From NCBI GenBank assembly GCA_965204375.1, contig OZ241986.1, positions 4,704,001 to 4,768,000 of the forward strand: a stretch of DNA of 64,000 nucleotides, in the 5' to 3' direction. A program made the translations under genes and the position numbers. The notes under the pieces were generated by a model, which did no database searches, was not told where the DNA came from, and saw nothing but the letters and a program-made list of their open reading frames with translations. Every line of letters begins with the position of its first letter. Positions within the stretch are counted from its first letter, which is position 1. Of the stretch, positions 8,865 to 16,746 are shown piece by piece. The DNA is from Candidatus Latescibacterota bacterium. Lineage in GTDB: Bacteria > Latescibacterota > UBA2968.

Positions 8865-10271
8865 TTATGAAATAGGGACACTGCGTCCCCTTTTTTTGTA
8901 CTGGTTGAGCAGGTCGGTCAATTGCGATACGATTTCAGGGTGTTGCGCGTAGAGGTTTTCGCGTTCTCGGTAGCCGGTTTCCATGTCGTAGAGTTGGCCG
9001 GGGGCATCATCTGGCGGGTCGTCGGGATAATCATTGCCGCCGGAGCTTTGATGGAGGAGCAATTTCCATTTGCCATAGCGGATGGCAAATTCGCCTTTGG
9101 AAGAATGGTGTACGGTGGCTTCGCGGATGGATGTCGCGTTCTGGCTCGTGAGAGCGGATAAGATACTGCAACTGTCTTCGCCAGCATTTTCGGGAAGGGT
9201 ATGGCCGACAATGTCGGCGGCTGTTGCGATGAGGTCTGTGAGACATACGATTTCGTCGCTGAAGGATCTGGCTGCGACTTTTTCAGGCCAGCGGGCGATG
9301 AAGGGGATGCGATGTCCGCCTTCCCAGTTGTCGCGTTTGCAGCCGCGGAAGTGATAGGCGCTGTAGTGGTTGTATTCTTGTTTTCGCGCGTGCATAAAGC
9401 GTTCGGGTCCGTTGTCGCTGGTGACGATAAAGAGGGTGTTGTCGGTGGCGCCAGCTTTTTCAACGGCGTCCATGATCTGCCCAACTGCCCAGTCGCATTC
9501 GACGACGAAGTCGCCGTATTTGCCGGCCTGGCTTTTGCCTGTGAATGCTTTGTTTGGCGCGATGGGTGTGTGCGGGCCGGTTACGGGATAGTAGAGAAAA
9601 AAGGGCTGTTTGTCTGCTGCGGTTTCTTCGATAAAGGAGACCGCTTTTTTTGTGAGGTCCGGGATGACGTGTTCGGGTTTGAGGCCCGGGGCAGCGTGTC
9701 CCTCGCGTCCAAAGAGGCCTCTGGGAGCGCGGGCTGTTGGCTCGCAGATTGTGCGGTTGTTTTCGAGATAGACATAGGGCGGCATGTCCAGGGATGCGGA
9801 GATGCCGTAAAAATAGTCGAATCCGAGGTCGCACGGTCCGCCGGTAAATGGTTGGGTGAAGTCTATGGCTTCGCCGCGGTTCCATCCCAGTCTGTAGTCT
9901 TCGAGGCGTTGGACGCCTTTTTTGCGTGTCCAGTTTAACCCGACATGCCATTTGCCGATGCAAGCGGTGTGATATCCGTGTTGTTTGAGCAGTGATGCGA
10001 CGGTCAAGCGGTCGGGTTCGATGAGGGGTTCTGAGTATCCGTTGAGGACGCCATTTTGCAATCGGGTGCGCCAGCAATAGCGTCCGGTTAAGACGCCGTA
10101 GCGCGAAGGAGAGCATACGGCTGAGCAGGAGTGAACATCGGTGAAGCACATACCTTCAGCGGATAGGCGGTCGATATTGGGGGTTTGGATTTTGGATTCG
10201 GGATTGAGGTAGGAGATGTCTCCGTAACCGAGGTCGTCAAAGAAGATATAGACGATGTTGGGATTGGGCAT
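8865..10271 (-). CDS. arylsulfatase (S1, Cys-type)
   Basis: NIVYIFFDDLGYGD, CSPSRYGVLTGRY, GKWHVG, WEGGHRIPFI. Confidence 0.95.
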   Translation of the reverse strand: MPNPNIVYIFFDDLGYGDISYLNPESKIQTPNIDRLSAEGMCFTDVHSCSAVCSPSRYGVLTGRYCWRTRLQNGVLNGYSEPLIEPDRLTVASLLKQHGYHTACIGKWHVGLNWTRKKGVQRLEDYRLGWNRGEAIDFTQPFTGGPCDLGFDYFYGISASLDMPPYVYLENNRTICEPTARAPRGLFGREGHAAPGLKPEHVIPDLTKKAVSFIEETAADKQPFFLYYPVTGPHTPIAPNKAFTGKSQAGKYGDFVVECDWAVGQIMDAVEKAGATDNTLFIVTSDNGPERFMHARKQEYNHYSAYHFRGCKRDNWEGGHRIPFIARWPEKVAARSFSDEIVCLTDLIATAADIVGHTLPENAGEDSCSILSALTSQNATSIREATVHHSSKGEFAIRYGKWKLLLHQSSGGNDYPDDPPDDAPGQLYDMETGYRERENLYAQHPEIVSQLTDLLNQYKKRGRSVPIS

Positions 10272-10298
10272 TGGGGTCTCCGGTTGGTTGTATAAGGT

Positions 10299-11375
10299 TT
10301 ATTCGGCGGGCGCAATGAAGATTTTGTCGCCCTCCTTACACCCAAGTGTCTTTGAGGCGTTCTCGTGGTTGCGAGCAATCCTCAAGCGACCTTCCGCTGT
10401 CAGGAATGCAACCCACTCTCCCCGTGGCACGTCTCCATAGGTGGTGGCAAGCAATACTGTGAACGTCTGCGCCCCATAGCTGACCTGAAAACGGGTTTTG
10501 GGGGAGATGCCAAGTTGCTGCAGGTCGCCCTCAATAAATTCGGTGTTGATGTTGCCGTAGGTCGAGGAGAGACTCTCTATCTTTGTGTAAGCCCCACCGT
10601 CCTTAAATTCTGCAGACGACACATGGTCCGGAGCGATGGTCGCATCTTTGTCTCGTTCAATCGTGCCGGTGTCCAGATAGGCGTCGAGTGCATGCAACGC
10701 GGTTTCCCGTTCGATCTCTCTGAGATTAACGTGTCCGTCGCGTGCCACAGACCAGAATACTGGCACACTCGGTGCTTTTGCCGCTTTCTGGATATACGCC
10801 TGGGGTCCCTTCGCTTCACTCTGGTTACTGACGAAGAGCAACGGGAGACGTGGGGTATAACGCCATTCGTGGGGGTGCTCTGCATCTCGCACTTGCAGTG
10901 CTGCTCCCAACGCAAGCAAGCCGTCATAACCTTCGGGAGCGGTCTCGGCGATTAGGGTCACGATCGCACCGCCCATTGAGCTACCCTGTACAAGCAGACG
11001 TTTGGGCGTGCCATAGGTTTGGACAATGTGCTGGCGTAGCAGTTCGATGTCCGCTACCGCATCAACGACGATCGCTCCGTTGCGGCGGTAGCTGGTAGAT
11101 GCGATCATCCAGCCATCGGCAAGCAAATGCTGGTACGTGGGTGACTCTGTGCGAAATTCGGCGCTCAAGGGCGCATTTTCGGGGCGATATCCGTGTGCCA
11201 GTAGCAGGAGTTTCCCGTTCCAGGACTCCGGCACGGCGATGACGAATTTTGACTGCTGGAGTTGGCCTGCTTCGGTGCGAAACTTAACGGCCTCTGCGGC
11301 TGGGGCGAGCAGTCCTCCGGAGAGCAGGAAACAGCATATCCCTTGCACGAGTGTTGAACGGTAGATCCTTTTCAT
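10299..11375 (-). CDS. secreted alpha/beta hydrolase fused to a SAM hydrolase/halogenase C-terminal-like domain
   Basis: Signal peptide (..APAAEA), HGY oxyanion region, GSSMGG nucleophile elbow, DGH; C-terminal YGNINT...TYGDVPRGEWVAFLTAEGRLRIARNHENASKTLG. Confidence 0.7.
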   Translation of the reverse strand: MKRIYRSTLVQGICCFLLSGGLLAPAAEAVKFRTEAGQLQQSKFVIAVPESWNGKLLLLAHGYRPENAPLSAEFRTESPTYQHLLADGWMIASTSYRRNGAIVVDAVADIELLRQHIVQTYGTPKRLLVQGSSMGGAIVTLIAETAPEGYDGLLALGAALQVRDAEHPHEWRYTPRLPLLFVSNQSEAKGPQAYIQKAAKAPSVPVFWSVARDGHVNLREIERETALHALDAYLDTGTIERDKDATIAPDHVSSAEFKDGGAYTKIESLSSTYGNINTEFIEGDLQQLGISPKTRFQVSYGAQTFTVLLATTYGDVPRGEWVAFLTAEGRLRIARNHENASKTLGCKEGDKIFIAPAE

Positions 11376-12586
11376 GATGGCTCCTTGAAGGTTCCAATGG
11401 TGTTCTGATCAGTATCATCCTGTTCGTTGAGGATTTGCTTTTGGAGGTATTCGGGCAATTTGAGGACGCGCTGGAAGTAGGTGGGTTCGTCAAAGCGCAG
11501 GTTGTTGTTTTTGAAGAGGGGACGGTCTGTGTCGCGGCTGAGATCGCAGTCGAATCGGGCGAGGATGGATTCGCTCATGCTACCCCCGCCGTCCGGGTTG
11601 ATGTGGCACAGTCCCCAGGTGATGCCGCGGCCGTCGCCGTTGTCGGCAAATGCGTCGGGTACAAAGGGTCCGGGCGCGACGGGGGGTACCTGGAGCAGGG
11701 ATTTCATTTCGAAATGGAGGCCGTCTGGCGCGTATTGTACGGTGTTTTTTTCGGGTCCGTCCAGGCTGACGATTGCGGCGATGCCTTCTTTGTAGGGCCA
11801 GAGACAGGTCTCGTGACCGGAGTTGAGGACGGGGTTTAGCGGTGATTTTTTGTATGGTCCTTCCGGACGGTCGGCTATGGCAACGCCCTGGGCGCGGATG
11901 ATGTTTGCGCCGCCGCGTTTTTGACCAGGCGAGCCTTTGTAATACATATAGACTTTGCCTTTGTAGATGAGGGGGAAGGGGTCGTGTACGCAGTTGCAGT
12001 CCCAGTCGTCGGGGCCGCCGGGTTCCACAATGGGTCTGCCCAGTCGCGTCCATGGTCCATGGGGAGAATCGGCGATGGCGATGGTGACGGGGCACGAATC
12101 ACCGCCCTGAATGACTTCGCTGTATGCCTGGTGGTAGAGGTAGTATTTGTTTTTCCAGACGAGGATGTCGGGGGTGCAGTTTGAGCGCCAGCCAAATTCG
12201 CCTTTTGGTGGGCGGGTGGCGGCTGGTCCCTGTTCTTCCCAGTGAAAGCCGTCTTCGCTCGTGGCATACCAGATGTCTGCGAGGTCCCAATCGACAGAGG
12301 GGATGTCGTCGGTGGCGTTTTCGTGTCCGACGGGCGGGCCTTTTGTGCGTCGGCATGTGTACCAGACGTAATAGGTGCCGTCGATGCGGAGGACTTTGGA
12401 TGGGTCGCGGCGGGAGACGTTGGGTTCTCGCGAGAATCCCTTGAGGGGGGAGTATTTGAAGTTGCTGAAGAATTCATTGCCGCGGTCTTCATGGGGATTC
12501 CATATATCGTACATGCGTTCCATCGAGGCGCTGAGTTCGCGATCCGGTTTTTCAAGTGGCAGTTTAGCGGGGAAGGGTGATGGCAT
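11372..12586 (-). CDS. glycoside hydrolase family 117-like (five-bladed propeller)
   Basis: SRRDPSKV, WDLADIWYATSEDGFHWEEQG, VHDP, NSGHET motifs of GH117. Confidence 0.85.
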   Translation of the reverse strand: MPSPFPAKLPLEKPDRELSASMERMYDIWNPHEDRGNEFFSNFKYSPLKGFSREPNVSRRDPSKVLRIDGTYYVWYTCRRTKGPPVGHENATDDIPSVDWDLADIWYATSEDGFHWEEQGPAATRPPKGEFGWRSNCTPDILVWKNKYYLYHQAYSEVIQGGDSCPVTIAIADSPHGPWTRLGRPIVEPGGPDDWDCNCVHDPFPLIYKGKVYMYYKGSPGQKRGGANIIRAQGVAIADRPEGPYKKSPLNPVLNSGHETCLWPYKEGIAAIVSLDGPEKNTVQYAPDGLHFEMKSLLQVPPVAPGPFVPDAFADNGDGRGITWGLCHINPDGGGSMSESILARFDCDLSRDTDRPLFKNNNLRFDEPTYFQRVLKLPEYLQKQILNEQDDTDQNTIGTFKEPS

Positions 12587-12648
12587 AGGTAGTCCTTGAT
12601 GAAGAGGTGTTCGGTAGGACTGAAGGAGACATCGGCATAGATGTCCGG

Positions 12649-13257
12649 TTACTTGGCTTTTTCGTTCAAGGTATCAACGAGTCGTTCCGCATGGGGCGAT
12701 GCCTCGATCACTTTTTTGGGGTCAATCTGCTCGAGGATATCGAACGAATGCTGTCCCTTTTCGTATTCTCCTTTTGAAACACGCGAACGTGTCGCGTTTT
12801 TTAGGCCGTTCGATACATCGTTTTTTGCAATGTTTTCAATATCCTGACGGGCGGGAAGCGCGTTCTGGTTAAAGTCGTCTCCGTAGTACTCCGCCAGGCT
12901 GCCCTTGTCGGCAAGGAACCACGCCTCCATGCACTGCACCATCAGATGTACCTGATCGTCCGTAGCCCCCGATGGCTGGTCCCAATTATCGCGCGCTTTC
13001 AGGTGTTGCCAGGGGCTGGATCCCGCTACCACGGGTCCTTCGCTGTCAACCAACAGCACGATGAAATCATCTCTCCCGGACTCGTGGAGCGCCTGACAAA
13101 AATCCTTGAAGGCATCTCCCCGACTACCACTTGCGACTATGCGCGGCATTCGGCCTTCCAGGCCAGCCTTGCTAAAAAATTTGCTGAAATCCTGGCGACA
13201 CTTTGTCCTCAACAAATTCGTTTCCCCGCCACCTTCGACAAAAACTTTGATATTCAC
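12649..13257 (-). CDS. DUF4276 family protein (TOPRIM-like)
   Basis: VFVEGGG...LLVDSEGP...MVQCMEAWFLAD...YEKG; the GTG start at 13257 overlaps the ATPase TGA (GTGA). Confidence 0.8.
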   Translation of the reverse strand: MNIKVFVEGGGETNLLRTKCRQDFSKFFSKAGLEGRMPRIVASGSRGDAFKDFCQALHESGRDDFIVLLVDSEGPVVAGSSPWQHLKARDNWDQPSGATDDQVHLMVQCMEAWFLADKGSLAEYYGDDFNQNALPARQDIENIAKNDVSNGLKNATRSRVSKGEYEKGQHSFDILEQIDPKKVIEASPHAERLVDTLNEKAK

Positions 13258-14438
13258 CAGCGGTTCCCTCCCAAGTCGCCTCTGGTCCACAAGTCCCCAA
13301 GGCTATAACGCTTCAACCACTCGGCAAGGTCGGCTTTGTCAAGCCGATGCATTTCCGTCTTGCCGTCGTGCTTTTCACAGACTACGACGCTCTCCGGTGT
13401 ATCGGTCAGGGTGTCCACAAGCCTATCAGAGTGTGTTGTGACGATAAGCTGACACCTTTGGGATGCCTCGCGCAATAGATCGCCGAGGGCTGGCAGAACG
13501 TCGGGATGCAGGCCCAGTTCCGGCTCTTCAATACAGACCAGTGGTGGGGGATTCGGGTGGCAAAGGATAGCCAGCAGGCACAAAAAGCGCAGCGTGCCAT
13601 CGGATAATCGCGTTGCCGGAACCATGATACTTCCTTCTTGGGCAAAGACCTGAACCGTTCCACCTTCAAGACTGATATCCAGGTCAATCACGCCTTCGTA
13701 GAGTTGGCGCATGGTTTCCAGAATCCGATCCTTGACCTCTGGCTCCCGCTTCAACCGATTCAGAATCAGTCCCAGGTTTCTACCATCTTCGAGCAAAAAA
13801 TCGTTGGGCAGATCGGCGGGTTGCGGTTGACGCGGCGGCGTGCGGCGACCAAAGGAACTCTCGCGGTAGAGTCGCATGCGGTTGAATGTTTCGCCAAGCC
13901 ACGTCAATTCTGGGTAGTGGTCTGGGTCCTTCCGCTGTGCAAGAATGGATTGCTGCGGATCGATCTCTTCCAAGCGTAACTGACGCTGCGTCTCACCTGT
14001 GTTGTCCGGGTCACCTCTGTAGTTCAGAGTGGCGCGACCACTGTGCAACTCGTAATAGAGATAGGGCCTTGCGTAGCTGGAGGAGTGTGCTTCTTTGTTT
14101 TCTATCCGCTCTTCTATCAACTCGAACTGCTGGCCCCTCTCTGCGAATCCGAGAGAATATCGCAGTGCTGACCCCTTTGGGTTCCTCAGAATCACTTCGA
14201 TATGGGCCGATGGGGTCAGGGGATCACCTCGCCAAGTCCAGTCGCGGATGCCTCCACCTTCCCGAATTGGGGCGGTGAGGTCCCTGGGTGTAGCCTTTAG
14301 CAGACCAATCGCCTCGATAAGATTGGACTTCCCGGAGCCATTGGGGCCGATAAGAACATTCAAGGGACGAAGTTCCAGTGCTTCGGTATCGGGCCCAAAC
14401 GAGAGAAAATTTTCCAGTTTGATATGCTCTATAAACAT
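13254..14438 (-). CDS. ABC-type AAA ATPase (AAA_21/SMC-like)
   Basis: GPNGSGKSN, LSDGTLRF, IEEPELGLHP, TTHS, C-terminal LGDLWTRGDLGG. Confidence 0.9.
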   Translation of the reverse strand: MFIEHIKLENFLSFGPDTEALELRPLNVLIGPNGSGKSNLIEAIGLLKATPRDLTAPIREGGGIRDWTWRGDPLTPSAHIEVILRNPKGSALRYSLGFAERGQQFELIEERIENKEAHSSSYARPYLYYELHSGRATLNYRGDPDNTGETQRQLRLEEIDPQQSILAQRKDPDHYPELTWLGETFNRMRLYRESSFGRRTPPRQPQPADLPNDFLLEDGRNLGLILNRLKREPEVKDRILETMRQLYEGVIDLDISLEGGTVQVFAQEGSIMVPATRLSDGTLRFLCLLAILCHPNPPPLVCIEEPELGLHPDVLPALGDLLREASQRCQLIVTTHSDRLVDTLTDTPESVVVCEKHDGKTEMHRLDKADLAEWLKRYSLGDLWTRGDLGGNRW

Positions 14439-14473
14439 ATTTCGTCCTTATTTCGTTAAGTCCCTATATCAAT

Positions 14474-15103
14474 CTACGGAATGAAGAGATCCTGTGTTTC
14501 GAAGCCGAAGAAATAGTCGAAAGCCATCGAAAACGGATAGATGAGGGCTTCGTACCAGTTTAGACCGGTAGCGTCTTCAACTGCCCAGGGTTGTACTATC
14601 CAACGAAATATAAAAAGGTAAATTACCATAGCAAGCCCTTGTTTGAATGCAAAAAGAAATACTATCCGTATGATAGCATTGACCTTCGTTGATTTGGTAT
14701 CAAAAACATAATCCAGAATTTCTTCAAATAGGCTCATATTGCGGCTTATTTCGTCATCAATCATTTTCTCTAAATTTCCACCATATCGCCAAATATATCG
14801 CCAAATATACGGGAAATATTTAAAAAAATTATACAGTCCTTGCAATACGGACGCCAGGTAAATACTACACACACAAAAATAGACATTGTCCTTATCGAGG
14901 AAGGTAGGCGCAACATATACAGAAAAAGATAATAAAATGACATTGATAATGGCGTTTGAGCAGAATTCTGTAAAGATAGCCTTGAGTGACTTTTCTATTC
15001 TATCTTTTACTTCTTCTTCTATTATAACGGGCACTATCTTTTTTATTATAACGGGCACTATCTTTTTAGCACACATAATCGCGAAAGGCAACAGAAAATT
15101 CAT
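14474..15103 (-). CDS. hypothetical membrane protein, AT-rich
   Basis: Start reassigned to ATG 15103 because the longer track ORF overlaps the sulfatase; several hydrophobic segments; internal tandem duplications. Confidence 0.6.
   Translation of the reverse strand: MNFLLPFAIMCAKKIVPVIIKKIVPVIIEEEVKDRIEKSLKAIFTEFCSNAIINVILLSFSVYVAPTFLDKDNVYFCVCSIYLASVLQGLYNFFKYFPYIWRYIWRYGGNLEKMIDDEISRNMSLFEEILDYVFDTKSTKVNAIIRIVFLFAFKQGLAMVIYLFIFRWIVQPWAVEDATGLNWYEALIYPFSMAFDYFFGFETQDLFIP
15021..15067. repeat. 24-bp tandem duplication in a coding region (KKIVPVII x2)
   Basis: ATTATAACGGGCACTATCTTTTT(T) twice in tandem. Confidence 0.85.
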
Positions 15104-15126
15104 TGGACTTTTCCTTTCATTGATTT

Positions 15127-16659
15127 CTATCTCTGATGATAAATGTCCAATAATTTTTCGGAGAGCGATTCGACGAGGTGGCTGTGTTGTTCCGATGTGA
15201 TGAGGTTCTGGCGTTCGTCTTCTGTGGGGTTGTCTTTTAAGTTGAAGAGGGCGTGGTGTTTTAGTTCGTCTTCTGTAATGAGTTCTTGTCCGACGATCAG
15301 TTTCCAATCGCCATCTCGCAGCGAGAGCATAGGGCCCATGATGTAGTCGTCGTGGAGGACGAGGGGATGGGGTTCAAATTCGTCGTCTTTCAGGCCGGTG
15401 AGAAAGGGCGCGATGCTGGTGCTGTCTTCGGCAAATCCCGCGCGTGAGGATGTTTTGACGCCGACGAGGTCTGCGATGGACAAGATGAGGTCGTTGAGTC
15501 CATACGTGATGTGGCTTGTGCGCCCGGGTGTCGCGTCGTTGCCGTCGCCGATGTTGCCCTGTTTCCAGAAGGCGATGGTGGGCACGCGATGGCCGCCTTC
15601 GTGGATGTGGGCTTTGCGGCCGCGGTAGTAGCCGCTGGATTCTTTGCCCGCGTTTTCTGCGCCGTTGTCGCTGGAGAAGATGAAGAGGGTGTTGTCGATG
15701 AGTTTGTGGCCGGGGTTGCGCGGGTCGTCGTGGGTTTCGAGGTAGGTGAGCAATTGGCCGACTGCGACGTCGTTTTCGTAAATGAAGTCGAGGCGTTCGG
15801 GCGTGTTGTGCTCGCAGCCGCCGACCTGGTCGCGCTGTTTGCCCCATTCGGTACTTTCCCAGCCGTTGGGATCGTTGGTGGTTGCGTGTGGCCGCGAGAG
15901 TTCGCGCTTGCCGTTTTTGAAGTGCGCCTGTCCCGCGATGGGTACGCCGTTGAGTGCGTCGCACGGCGTGTGGGGTGTGTGATTGGAATTGGCGGCGTAG
16001 TAGAGGAAGAAGGGGTGTTGTTTTGTGTCTTCTGTGAGATGATCATCGAGAAAGCCGACGGCGTGCTGGAAGTTCATCGGTCCGGTTTTGTACAGGTCGT
16101 AACCCGCGATGTCGTGAGGGCTTTTGCCGGTTGCGCCGATGCAGCGGCGGTTTTCGATCCAGCCCGCATTGGCAGAGGTTCCATGGCTTCGGTTGGTGAT
16201 GAAGTGGTAATCAAAGCCGTGTTCTTCGGGGCAGTCGGTCAGGGGTTGGCGCACGTCTGCGTCGTCCCATCCCTCGGCGGGTGAGCCATCGGATTTTGTG
16301 TAGGTCAGGCCCACGTGCCATTTTCCCGAGATGCCCGTGCGGTATCCGGCTTCTTTGAGGATGGTGGCGAGTGTGGGGCGTTCTTTTTCTATGAGGGGCG
16401 GATAGTGGGGACCAAAGGCGACTTTGTGTTTGAGTTGCGTGCGCCAGCAATAGCGTCCGGTGAGGAGGGCGTAGCGCGTGGGGGTGCAGACGGTTGATGG
16501 GGTGTGGGCATCGGTAAAGCGCACGCCCAGGCGCGCAAGGCGTTCCAGGCTGGGGGTGTGGAGTTGTTCGTCGTCGCGATTGCCGGTCCAGTCCTGATAC
16601 GCGCTGGTGTCGCCGGTGCCCATGTCATCGACGAGGAATATGATGATGTTGGGGTGCAT
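15127..16659 (-). CDS. arylsulfatase (S1, Cys-type)
   Basis: NIIIFLVDDMG, CTPTRYALLTGRY, GKWHVG, HEGGHRVP. Confidence 0.95.
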   Translation of the reverse strand: MHPNIIIFLVDDMGTGDTSAYQDWTGNRDDEQLHTPSLERLARLGVRFTDAHTPSTVCTPTRYALLTGRYCWRTQLKHKVAFGPHYPPLIEKERPTLATILKEAGYRTGISGKWHVGLTYTKSDGSPAEGWDDADVRQPLTDCPEEHGFDYHFITNRSHGTSANAGWIENRRCIGATGKSPHDIAGYDLYKTGPMNFQHAVGFLDDHLTEDTKQHPFFLYYAANSNHTPHTPCDALNGVPIAGQAHFKNGKRELSRPHATTNDPNGWESTEWGKQRDQVGGCEHNTPERLDFIYENDVAVGQLLTYLETHDDPRNPGHKLIDNTLFIFSSDNGAENAGKESSGYYRGRKAHIHEGGHRVPTIAFWKQGNIGDGNDATPGRTSHITYGLNDLILSIADLVGVKTSSRAGFAEDSTSIAPFLTGLKDDEFEPHPLVLHDDYIMGPMLSLRDGDWKLIVGQELITEDELKHHALFNLKDNPTEDERQNLITSEQHSHLVESLSEKLLDIYHQR

Positions 16660-16689
16660 AGATGTTCCTTTTTCTTGTCCACGAAGAAC

Positions 16690-16729
16690 ACGGAGCGGTG
16701 TACAACTGGCCGCCTCTCAGGCCAGTTCA
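16690..16729. repeat. 40-bp intergenic hairpin element, copy 1
   Basis: ACGGAGCGGTGTACAACTGGCCGCCTCTCAGGCCAGTTCA; 38/40 identical to 37587-37626, and the two differences are compensatory. Confidence 0.85.
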
Positions 16730-16746
16730 CGACACGAAGGGGAAAA

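Noticed and set aside
16690-16729. Hairpin element as a canonical integron attC site
   Set aside because: It has AAC...GTT ends but is far shorter than attC sites, lacks L boxes, and no IntI gene is present; kept only as an unexplained motif.
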